Source: Neophaeotheca triangularis (taxonomy: Eukaryota). Taken from it: 64,000 nucleotides of DNA. Positions 45,948 to 56,540 of the stretch are shown here, one piece after another (position 1 is the stretch's first letter; every line of letters starts with the position of its first letter). The notes under the pieces were generated by a model. The model did no database searches. It saw only the letters and a program-made list of their open reading frames with translations, and had not been told where the DNA came from. The stretch lies in assembly GCA_054600435.1 (NCBI GenBank), contig BAAIJX010000015.1, positions 62,001 through 126,000 on the forward strand, given 5' to 3'. Made by a program: the position numbers and the translations under genes.

Positions 45948-48900
45948 TTACGCAGCTTGTTGCTGAGTATCGGCATCGAATCTGGTGTTGATGGCACCTA
46001 AGAGCATTTTCCAGAAGTCCCCATGGTGCGGCTCGGTGTCGACGATGTCCCTGTAAACATATCAGCTCGATAACAAGGGTATATGAGAGATATGCGATCT
46101 TACATTCCGACTTCACGGTCCTTGCCCAACAGATCAAGCTGTGCCAGTCTTTGCAGAGCATCTTCGTTGTCTCCAAAGCTGATGAATTGGATGCCGACTT
46201 GGTTCCGATGAAGTCCGTGTTTTTTCAACTCACGAACCATCCTCTTGATGGGTGTTGCAGCATCTCCTCCTGCAGCCCATATCCCGTCGGTGAAGATGTA
46301 AATGTTCATTGGTCTTGGGCGATGATGGCGATTGTTGCTAGCCAACTTTAGGCAATAGTCGGCGAGTATTGCATCCAGACGCACGCCAATGTCAGTTTGC
46401 TCTTGTTTAAATTGACGTTCCTTCTTCTCGGCCTCTAACAGCATCTCCTTGGTCGATGGAAAGCGGAGAGGTTGCGGATCGCCGCCATTGGCCCAATAGA
46501 ACTCCACGCCGTCCGGGTCGCAATCTTTGAGCACATAAAAGATGGGATCGAGAATCTCGATTAAATCGCCCCAGTGGCCCGACATTGACGGCGCGTTGTC
46601 GACGATTAGCACCTGCGCTCGTCAGCTTTTGTAATATCGCAAAAATTGGAACGAGCATTGGTCTTACGTGGTCGCGATTTTTGAGTCGCGGCTTAAGGTG
46701 TTCGCCAGGCATAGGGGGCGCAGACCTCCAAAGTTTAGTGGATCGACCTCGGCATTTAGTCCGCCATTCCAGGATTTCGTCGAGGGTCACTTTGAATGTG
46801 TTGGCGGAAGGGCTGGTCACAGCAGGCGGCAAGGCGGGCGAAGCCGGAATGCTTCGACCAGGGGAAGGGGTAGCCGGTAATGGTGAACTCGGAGGGCTCT
46901 GGATCGAGCCATCGTGGGGTTCGGCCATGTCCTCTGGGAGTCTGTTGATGCTGTGATGACCGTGATCAGACGAAGATTTGGGTGTATTTGGCGATGGAAT
47001 TTTCGGGGTGTCGACAGGCTGAGATCCCAAATCAGTGCCTGAGGTGTCAGGAGGATAGTGAGCTGAGTTGGGCTTGGGTGTTTGCGGAGTTGCTTCATTC
47101 ACATTGGCGGGTTGCCTGGTATCCAGTGGTGTCAAAGGATGGCCGCCTTCGCTAGATACACTGCCATTGGCGCGCTTCCCCATGTTGCTGTTGCACCTCG
47201 GGGGACTCTTCGCCGGATCATTTTGGGCTATTGAAGTCATTTCGAAAGGCTCTTGCTGGAGCGGCTCTGGTGTAAAAGTACTTACGGAGGACAATGCATC
47301 CGACTTGTCGCTCTCCGTATCCCAGTACACAGGCCTTGCTCGGCGTTCGCTGTGGGTGGTCCTAGTGCTCGGCGGGTCGCCCATTGACTTGGTTCGATGT
47401 TGAGCTCTTCCAGAATACCCACTCAAGTTATCAAAACGGTGGCCTAGCATTTCGTGGGCTTTTGATATCTTCCCCTCCAACGTGGACAGCAGCGGGAGAG
47501 CTTCGTACCTCTCCCTCGGGTTAGTCTTAATCATCCCCGTGATGATGTCCAAGACGGACGAAGTGATGTGGTCGGAACCTCTGAGATCTTGTTCTAGGGA
47601 CTGCTGCTGTTCTTTTACCACCTCAAGGACTTTCACGCCGTCATGAAAGCAGTCTCCCGCATCGGGGTTGTTTCCTTTCTCATTCTCGCGCGCACGAAGA
47701 CGTCTGAAGTTGCCGAGTCCAGTCTTGCCGTGAACAACCCATACCGCAGCTTCAAGCAGGACGCAGCCCAGGGAGAAAATGTCAATCTTGTTGGTCACTG
47801 GGAGCCGCGATCTGCTGGAGAACCTGGTAGATCGCCAGACCTCTGGAGCGCCTATTTCGTGTTATCACCCTGTGCAGAAGAGCCAGATAAGACGACTCAC
47901 CATAAGTCGAGGTCCCCTGCTGGTCATCAGCTTTCCACCTTTCGCCCACATGGGTGGCGGCATGGAAATGACTGATTCCTAGATCGGCAAGTTTGAAAGC
48001 GTGCTTGAATTGGCCCTCATCGGAGAAGACGAGTATGTTGGATGGTTTGACATCTTGGTGCCAACTACGAGCCTGACGTTAGTGTCGATGTGCATGAACG
48101 CACAGGCCAGTCACAGGTCAGTGAGGTCACACATACCCTTGAAACACGTTGAAGCCAGCCGTATCCTCCGGGTCAAAATCAACATTGTGCACGCTAACAA
48201 GACCCTTCATAACCTGCGAGATGCTGGCCCAAAAGGCGATGATCTGTGTGCCAGTAGAAGGTGGCTGTACGTTCCAAAAGAACGTCTCGAGTGTGTCCTG
48301 ATCTGCGTATTCCAACACCGCACGGCTTTGTCCCTTGTGGTGGTACGCACAATAAAACTCGATCAAACCTGGCCTCTCGTTGTAGTTCCCGGAGTTCTTG
48401 ATCATCCCGAAGTTTTGTGCTTCTCTTTCGGCGTAGTTCTTTGCAAGAGACGGACTGTCTTTGTAGATTTTCAAGGCTACCCTTCGATGATCGCGTAGAT
48501 ACCGAGCCTGCCCCTAGTCAATCAAATGAAATCAATGCAAATCGAAGTGACATACCCGTTTTTTGCCATCAAGCTTATCATACTCGCTGTGAATATGAGC
48601 GCAGTACAGATCGGCAGTAGCTCCCCCTTGAAGCCTCTTCTTTAACACTATAGGCAAGACCTGCTCTTCGCAGTACAATGTCCATTGTTGGTCAGTCAGC
48701 GTTGCAGGGCAGAAGATCCTTTGCGCTTGGTAGAATTCAGACCAGAGCAACGGCTCGTCCTGGGGGAAGTCCGTAGGCTGGAGTCGGAATGGTAAACGAG
48801 CGTCCTGTAGCTCGGGATGGTGGGTGAAGTGTTCGATCAAGTGCGGCTTGTGGATGTCGAGGAGAATGCAGTAAACTCGAAGATAGCCCTTCCGGATGTC

Positions 48901-49110
48901 TCGACACGCAGCGTCTCGTCTCTCACGCGGAATATGTCGTGAAAGGAGCTGTTTGAGCGTAGCATCACTGAAGAAGTTTTTCACGCTTGACTCGGGTATG
49001 AATCTATCAAATTCGGAGTCGTCTGTCAAGTCTTTGCACAGGACGAAAGCCTTACCCCTCCACTCTTTGTGCTCCTGGATGGCACCTGAGTAAGCGTTGT
49101 CGTTGTCCAT
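45948..49110 (-). CDS. Ser/Thr protein kinase - low-complexity linker - von Willebrand factor A (vWA) fusion, about 963 aa, 6 exons (49110-48556, 48513-48137, 48064-47901, 47851-46668, 46612-46104, 46050-45948)
   Basis: Exons sum to 2892 nt, in frame. Kinase motifs VALK, LEYAD, WHQDVKPSNIL, KLADLG, GTSTYGAPE, DIFSLGCV; vWA motifs VLIVDNAPSM, DPDGVE, IYIFTDG.W, GIQFISFG, DIVDT. Confidence 0.88.
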
Positions 49111-49678
49111 AGGGTGAAGCTGGCGCCTAGCGCAGGTGGTCAGAGCAGTGCCACGTTCCAAGCGGTGTATGGGCTGACAGTGTCCTTTGCACTACGTGCG
49201 TCGGCAGTCTTCAGTCTCCCTGTAAGAAGGATTTATGCGACCGTGCAAGGGGAAAACAATTGGACGGGAGCGAAGGTTGTCTGGTGGTTTGCAAGGAAGG
49301 AGGACAAGCAGGTACGCCGGTGCGGTATCTGAGCCCCTCTCGTTTGCGGACAGCGCAGACGAGGTGAGGCTGAATAAAGATGATGCCTCCCCCCCCCACC
49401 ATGAGAGGCGGCCCTTAATTAATTGCCTGCAGGCTGTGATTCATAGCCGAACCCGAGTACCTAAGTAGTTTGCGGCAAGATCTGTTAGCGGGAGGGAATA
49501 TGGCACGCTTGAGTCACGCATCTCATACACTGCCTGTTCTGCTATCAATTGCACTATTCGTGCTTCTTTTGCGGTCGAAACATTTCCCTTGTTTACGACG
49601 CCACCACCGGCCTATGAGTCTTCTGCAAACTGACAATGCTGTGAGGCAAAAGCTGGTCTCGCAGCTTCGTCGATGTGC

Positions 49679-51683
49679 CTACAAAGTACCCTTCTCTAGA
49701 TCATCGGAAAACGACTTGCATCGCGCGGCCTCTTTGCGATTCTCACGCCTGTACACGAGGTACCAGGCGACAAAGGTCAAAAGCACCAGCGGCAAACTGA
49801 CCAAAACAAAAAACTGCAGAGCACCGACAGCAATAACACGATCCTTGAGCTGGGCACTACCAGGCTCAAACGTCACTATCGGGGTACTCATAAGAGTCTA
49901 CCTGACGTTAGTAGAGCTTCGAGGCTGAGGGGAGACGAGGGACTTACGGAGATGAATGTCCCGGGCAGGAAGAAGAGGGTCACCAGAGTGATGATGCGCA
50001 TGGAGACCGTCTCGACTTTCGTCTTCTGCGCAATGGTGTGCATTTCCTTCGTCATGCCTTCCATCCTGAGTGCGGTCACTTGTGCTCTTTCGGCCATCAA
50101 GTTGTTGGCTTGCACGTTACGATATTGCAAGATTTCGTGGAGCTAATGCTAGTTAGCTGGAGGTTCGGCTGCTGTGGGTGGTTTAAATTACACACCAGAC
50201 TCCGACGGCTTGCGAATAGCTTTACGAGAGCGCAAAGTCTGTTCTCCTGCTGCTTCAATTCTGAGCAGAGGTTGTTCAGCTTCCTGTGAAATTGATCCAG
50301 GTCAGACTGACAAGCATCCAGCAGCTTTCTCGGGCAGTGAGGAGACTCTTGTAGGGCTCGGTAGGAATCCCCAAGCCGCTCGAATACATTGACATTGGCT
50401 CTTACGACTTCCAAGGCTTCGTCGACTTTCTCTTCCGTGAAATGCACGTCTTGCAGATGTTCGAAGGAGAACTCACGCTCCGTGGTAGATTCCAGCTCAG
50501 ACGTGTCCAGATCGTCTATCTCAGATGGTTCGGCAACGCATGCCCCTCCGCTGGCATCATTGGTGCTGCGACTGGGGAACCAGCTACGTTTCAAGGCGGC
50601 ACTTCCCTGCGTGAGCCAGCTGAGTTGCCGTGAAAAGCGTTTTGAACGCACTGAGGTTGCCCGCGTTGAAAAAGTCGCCTCTTTCGGCAATGGAACGTGG
50701 TGATTGACGTCTTGTGACAATGTTGAGCGTGTCATATCTTGCAAACTCGATTCCAGATGATTGATGTACCAGTGCCAACCATGAACAGCCCACGAACAGA
50801 TGGCGCCGTGAGTGGCGAGCGTGACCTTGAACGCACCGTGATCGCTAGCGAAAAGTCTCTGGAAGTGCGAATCCTGCCCGCAAGCTCGAGCCTCTATGAG
50901 TTGCCGCATGGAATCGTTCCCTTTTACAGTCATCCAGGTACAGTTCGCGGTTTCCAGATCGTAGGAGTGGTAGACAGAGCACTGCCGAATGGACCATGGG
51001 AGGTCCGGATCCCTGGCCACTTCAGCAGACTTCAGGCTGTAGCAAAGCTCTATATTCCTGCCCGAGCGGCCTAGGTCTGGAATTGCCAACCCTCTGTCGA
51101 GTGGATGCAAACGAGAGCTATCTCTGAGTCCGCAAAGATGAAATTGGACTTCGAACTGCCTTCCGAAAGGAAATACGAAGCCGAGGAACCCGGGAGTAAT
51201 TTGATGGTACGCCAGCAACTTCAGAAACATGACACGGCTGATCTTCAGGGGTTCACGAGAGTTTCGCGCGTGGATAAAGCTGTGAAGGTTCGAGTCAGCT
51301 ATAGCCATGCATTCGACTTTCCTAGCTTAGTCTTACACGTATCGACACTGTGGACCTGGTCCCGAATCTTGTGTCGGCTTTTTTAAGCGAGCGTCGAGGG
51401 CAGCGATTCCGTGTAACCGTGATGGCTCGAAGACTGCGAAAGTCAGTATATGCTACAGCGGTCTGAAAATAGGCAATGGCTTACCTGCATGCTTCTTCTC
51501 GCGGTCCAAAAGGTCTACGAGGGCTTCAGGCTCGGGGCTGAAGAGCGTGCTGCTCTTCTTGTTCAGCTGATTTGCCAACAATTGTGTGTTGACATCGTCA
51601 TTGTTGAACCGTCCCAACTCGTTTGCAGAGCCGGTGGGCTCGGCAATGGCGTCCAGCAAGAAAGGTAGCGATATCTGCGACAT
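49679..51683 (-). CDS. Fungal CorA-like protein with two C-terminal TM helices, about 597 aa, 5 exons (51683-51485, 51433-51337, 51279-50196, 50142-49948, 49897-49679)
   Basis: Exons sum to 1794 nt, in frame. SREPLKIS...YHQITPGFL.F...FG, WSIRQCSVYH, long helical stalk, ETVSMRIITLVTLFFLPGTFISTLMST (CorA TM1 pattern), then second TM FFVLVSLPLVLLTFVAWYLV. Confidence 0.82.
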
Positions 51684-52067
51684 GTTGAGCACTGTTGGGA
51701 CTGTAAACTGCGTGTAGCGTATCAATTTGGACTTGAAATGCGATGCGACGACGGGGCCTTTTGGCCAGAGAGCGGCATGCTACGCAGCCTCCTAGGTGTG
51801 TATGGAAGTACTGCGTTAGTGGGGCGCAGCGGCATATCTCGAGGCCGTCAGCCATCATGTACCACATGGCTGCTGACAAGGGGGGACTCCAATTCATGCG
51901 TCCTTTGTGGCTATTCAACATTGGGGCGTAGTTTCAATGTGTTCACCCTCAGGTGTCTCCGATGCACAAGTGGCTCGGGGTAGTTGGGTGGTAAGACAGA
52001 ACGAGACGAGGTTCAGTTTGACTTTTAAAGTCCATGCAACGTCTCCACTGGCTCGTGCTCCACTATG

Positions 52068-52087
52068 TATATATATATATATATATA
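52068..52087. repeat. (TA)10 microsatellite
   Basis: tatatatatatatatatata read directly. Confidence 0.9.
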
Positions 52088-52283
52088 AAATTACTTAGGT
52101 GGTCTTTCCTACTGTATCTTACTGTTCATATAATCTCGGGAACGCCATGAACACGTCGTTGATATTGCGCTATTTCCTACAAAAGGTCTCGTGCGATTAA
52201 AGCATAGCAATTCTTCCTCCATACCATTATGGCTCCAGAAACCCCTTGGCTACTATCAGGCACCACGGAAAAGCCCTCTTCGA

Positions 52284-52689
52284 TCATGCACTAGCCCTCA
52301 GCCTCTGGATGTAATCGAGCTCCGCCTACAAATAACTCATGTATGAGCAAGGATGGCTGCCAATGCCTAAAACAACTCCCGTCCTTTTTGGGTAAAAGAA
52401 AACGCACCTGGGTCAGCAACCTTGGTGTTTGAAACAGCCAGCGGTCTTGCCTTAGCCTGATGTTGAAAAGGCTCTGACCAAACAACCTCTGCAAGTATTC
52501 CTGCAAGGTCTCCATGTCGAGGTTGTACTTGGCAATGTTGTTGTTGACCATTTTGGCACTCTCCGCTTTGCCTTGATCTTTGCCTTGATCTCCGCCTTTG
52601 TCTCTGCCTTTGTCTTTGGGGCTGGCGGCTGACTCGGATGGTCGCGGTGTGGTTGGTTTGTTCTGATCCGTCTGTCGTCCGGTAGTCAT
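52284..52689 (-). CDS. Small hypothetical protein, about 107 aa (61 aa from the second Met at 52551), intron 52407-52326
   Basis: GTGCGT...TAG intron gives ...YNLDMETLQEYLQRLFGQSLFNIRLRQDRWLFQTPRLLTQ|AELDYIQRLRASA*; TATAAAAG about 65 bp upstream. Confidence 0.7.
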
Positions 52690-53037
52690 AAGTATGCCTT
52701 GGGGATGACATGAGAGACAGCCCAGACCGGTCAGAGAGCCATGCTGGCCACCTTTTATAAGCTAAGGCATCCCTACGCCTCATGCTCCCTCTCTCTAGCC
52801 ATCGGTGGAGCTTTGTGTCGCCTTGCAGGTGCTGTTTGGGCAATCCTTCACCGGCCGCTGCAAGTTTGTGTATTACAGCGGCTGAATCAGGCCAATCAAA
52901 GTGAAGGGCAATTGACATGTACCTTACCTATGTATACACTTCAGCTTGCCGCCGCCCTCAGCTCGCACAAGCACGTGACTGTCTGGTCTTCACTCACTTC
53001 CAATACTGACAGACGCCATCCTTGAAGACAATTGACC

Positions 53038-54301
53038 ATGACGCTCGACGGTAAGCGCTTACTCATCCGAAGTGAAATACGTTATGCCCGACAATTCCCG
53101 GCACTAAAATGAGTCAAAATGTTGCTAACCCACAAGGTCAGATTCCCGGCCAACGACCCCTCCTACGCCTTTCTACTATGGAGACACCACCACACCACCA
53201 CCTTTAGCAGGAAGACCACCGTTCGCCAGAATGACCACGACAGGAGCAACGCCGCCGAGGCCTGGCTCGCAAATGGAGCCCTTTGACGTCGTCAAATCCT
53301 ATAAGAAGCTCCTCTCCGAAGACCCAGACCTCACCATGCCCGTGGCAGCCATAGAAGCGCTGATTATCGGTCTCTCGAGCACTCCCGCCAGCACCGTATC
53401 GGAGACGTTGGACCTCATCTCTACCCTCACCACTCAATTGAAGCGCAGCGTCCCGAATTCCATCTCCCTGTCCGCCGGCACCGATCTCTTCCAACAATAC
53501 CTGATCAGCAACCTCCAACGCCCCAGTGGCTTCGCAGCGGGAGGCGCGGTCGGTGACTTTGAGCAAGTGCGCACTTTTCTCGTGCAGAACGGTCAGGGTT
53601 TTGTGGAGCGGGCAAAGGCTGCTAGGGATACTATCGCCGGCTTTGGCAGGCAATTCATCCGCGACGGCAACACCGTGCTCACCAATGGTGGGTCTCGAGT
53701 GGTTGGTGCGTTGCTAAAGAGCGCTGCTGAGTCAAGCAATGGGCGCACACGGGGGAGTATCCGCTTCAGAGTTATATACGTTGCGGATGAGAAGAGCTCG
53801 GAGAGCGACGAGAACATCAAAGCTTTGCGCGAAAGGGACATCCCAGTTGCCATCATTCCACCCACTGCTATCGCGTACAGCATGAACATGGTGACGCAGT
53901 GTTTCGTCGGTGCGGAGGGTGTGGTCGAGAACGGAGGCATCATTAGTAGGATGGGAACTTATCAGATGGGCATGCTTGCAAAGGCCGCTGGCAAGCCTTT
54001 CTATGTGGTGTCGGAAAGCCACAAGTTCGTGCGCCTCTACCCGCTTGGGCAAGACGACCTCGGCATGGAGCAGAATGTGGTGGACTTCCAGACAGCAAAG
54101 GGCTCGCAGGGTGATGACGAGGGTGTGGCCGACATGGGTGCTGCGACTGAGAGCAAGGAGAAGAAGGTCACAGCTATGGTGGGCAACTCTGAAGAGTCGG
54201 TAGATTACACCCCACCCAACCTCATCTCTGGCATCATCACCGAGTCGGGCGTGTTGTTGCCAAGTGCCGTCAGCGAGGAGCTCATCAAGATCTGGTTCTA
54301 G
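53038..54301 (+). CDS. GCN3: Translation initiation factor eIF2B alpha subunit; probable short first exon 53038-53050, intron 53051-53141
   Basis: DPDLTMPVAAIEAL, SLSAGTDLF, VGAEGVVENGGII, ESHKFVRLYPL, VDYTPP, PSAVSEELIK; upstream ATG with GTAAGC/CTAAC/CAG splices in frame. Confidence 0.93.
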
Positions 54302-54655
54302 GAGGGCAGGCTGATGTTTTGAGTCAGGGGCGCAGGGAAACGGGAGGAGTCTTGGCGCATGAGGACGAGCCCGACGAACGATATGATACCCAGCATAGAC
54401 CGCGCACGCTCAAGCGTTCGATGTGTAACGGAGCGATACCACAAGCGAATTAAAAAGCGCATTTCAAGGAATCAAGTGAAGGCGAGAGCCACGTGACGAT
54501 GCCACCGACCCAGAACTCGACGTCGTTTAAGTGATGTAGTACGAGAGGCACCGTCGCGCCAGTGAAGGAAAACGCCACCACATAAAGAGCAAAGCAAGCC
54601 CCTAAAGCAAGACAACATCCCAAGGTATAAATCCGCACTCAACACCAACCCCTCT

Positions 54656-54806
54656 AACAAGTGGTCCAACGACTCGACGGTCAAGGCGTCTCAGCAATCA
54701 AGTCAAACTCGCTAGTGAATTTCGACACTAGCGAGAAGGTAATTGCGAGAGACAGTCTACGAAAAGACCGGTTGAGAGTCTGCGGTTCGAATCCCACCTC
54801 TGTTCA
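54656..54806 (+). ncRNA. tRNA-like structured RNA candidate (tRNA-derived element or Pol III ncRNA)
   Basis: A-box-like TGGTCCAA..CGGTCAAGGCG, exact B-box GGTTCGAATCC (54784-54794), nested complementary stems, TATAAA about 30 bp upstream; not a canonical cloverleaf. Confidence 0.45.
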
Positions 54807-55866
54807 CCTTCTCTAGTACACACCTGGAACGAGAATGAGTGCCTCCGAGCGAACCCGAACCCGAACCCGATCGACTCCGACAACGACAGCGACATCGACA
54901 ACGATACCTCCGATTACGAACGATATCCTGGACATATCTAAAAGAGCAAAATCCTACAGGGGTTTTCCTTTCCCGCTACCCTCGAGGGTGGTGGGTTCCT
55001 TTTGCCCCTTTTTTCGCCTTTGTCGTGAAGGTATTGAGGATACTGAGAGCAGCTGGGGTCTTGCCGGCGTCAATCGCTCTCAATATTCCCCGTCCCTTGA
55101 GCTCTTACGGTGGTAGCCTCGTGTGATGTTCAGGCAGGTTGAGAGAACTTTGCGATCTTTGGTGGTCTGCCATCAATCGCTCAAAGTACCTCTTCTCAAG
55201 GCCCATGGAGAACATCGGATACGGTTCTGCTGCCCTTGTCATTGGACTATCAGTACTGTCCTCCTTCGCGCCATCTAGAAGGGTATAGAAAAACAAGGAA
55301 AGCCAAGAAAAGGAGAGGTATCCAACAAGCTACTCCTACTAGCTGCCCTTTTGAAAAGGCTGCAAAAGCCCTCTCAAGCGACCTTCCCTTCTTCTCACAC
55401 CAGCCTCTCACCCCCCCAAAAAAAAAACGGATGCAGTCGCGTGGAGATTGTCTTGTGCTTCATGAGGACTAATTCATACTTGAGGAATCTTGAAGAAGCC
55501 AGGAAAAGGGGCTCGGTCACGTGAAATAGCAAGGTGTTCTAATGGCGCTGTCTCGTTTCCTGCATCGTGGCTTCGGCCTCACTCTCGATCACCTGTTGAA
55601 TTCCGAGGGCACACGAGCACGCTGTCGACTGCTCAAAGCGGTTAGCGCGAGTCATGGCAGAATGTGATGCTTGCCGCCTACTTAAAAGCCGCTCCCATTT
55701 TTTGCCGACTCTCGACCTCTCCTCCACCTCCCACAACACAAACACTCCAGTCAAACAACCATACCTACCAACCAGCCACCCAATCCACACCCAAACAACT
55801 TCAACTCACACCACAAACACTATACCAACCTACCAAACCCTCACAAACCACACCAAACCCGCCACC

Positions 55867-56190
55867 ATGCTCTCCACCACCATCTTCGTCACTCTCATCA
55901 CCCTGGCGTGAGCTCCAACCTCACCTACCTTACTCACTACACCAACAAACACAAAGTATACACCCTTGTTAACACAATCACTCACCTCTAGTACGGCCAC
56001 CACCACCACCACGCCAACCACTCGCGTGAAATCAACCATCACGCCACCGCCGCTCGACCCCAACGAGCCCGTCCCCACTGAGGAGTTCATGGGCCCGCAG
56101 CCTTGGGCGTGGATCAATGCGGAGAACACGATGAAGAAGCGCGAAGAGCCGACTGCGGTCGCCGAGGCCAAGGGGGCGCTTGAGGATTAA
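55867..56190 (+). CDS. Small secreted peptide precursor, 79 aa, intron 55908-55991
   Basis: GCCACCATG context; MLSTTIFVTLITLA signal-like N-terminus; Thr/Pro-rich middle; KKR|EE dibasic site. Confidence 0.7.
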
Positions 56191-56540
56191 GGCCGCCCGG
56201 GTAGCTTCACCCTCGAAATGGGCTGGCTCTGCATTGATGTCGCCCCGTCTGGGTCTTCACTGTGTGGCGGAGCGGCTTAGTCTGGAATGGGGCGGGCGTG
56301 GACGTATGCGGTGGTTTTCTGTACAACTCGGGTTGATATGGGATTCTCCAGCGTGTCTATAGCTCGCGAGATGAAAGCTGTGCTGCAACGCCTCACTCCC
56401 ACACACTCTTCCACACTGTCATCACAAAGTCGTTCCAATCCTAGCGTCTGTAAAGTCTTACTACACAAGTGCCAAGACATGACCCCTGAACACCGCGCAC
56501 AACACTCCAGCAGTCATGAACATACTGTACACTCTCTACT

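Noticed and set aside
45520..46176. 218-aa - strand ORF
   Set aside because: Overlaps the last kinase-vWA exons in another frame and their 3' UTR; no motifs
53178..53207. Apparent uORF METPPHHHL before the GCN3 ATG at 53231
   Set aside because: Better explained as lying inside the in-frame spliced N-terminal extension starting at 53038
54656..54806. Canonical tRNA gene or group I intron
   Set aside because: T-stem and acceptor stem are mismatched, there is no clear anticodon loop, and the group I core elements are incomplete; kept only as an ncRNA candidate
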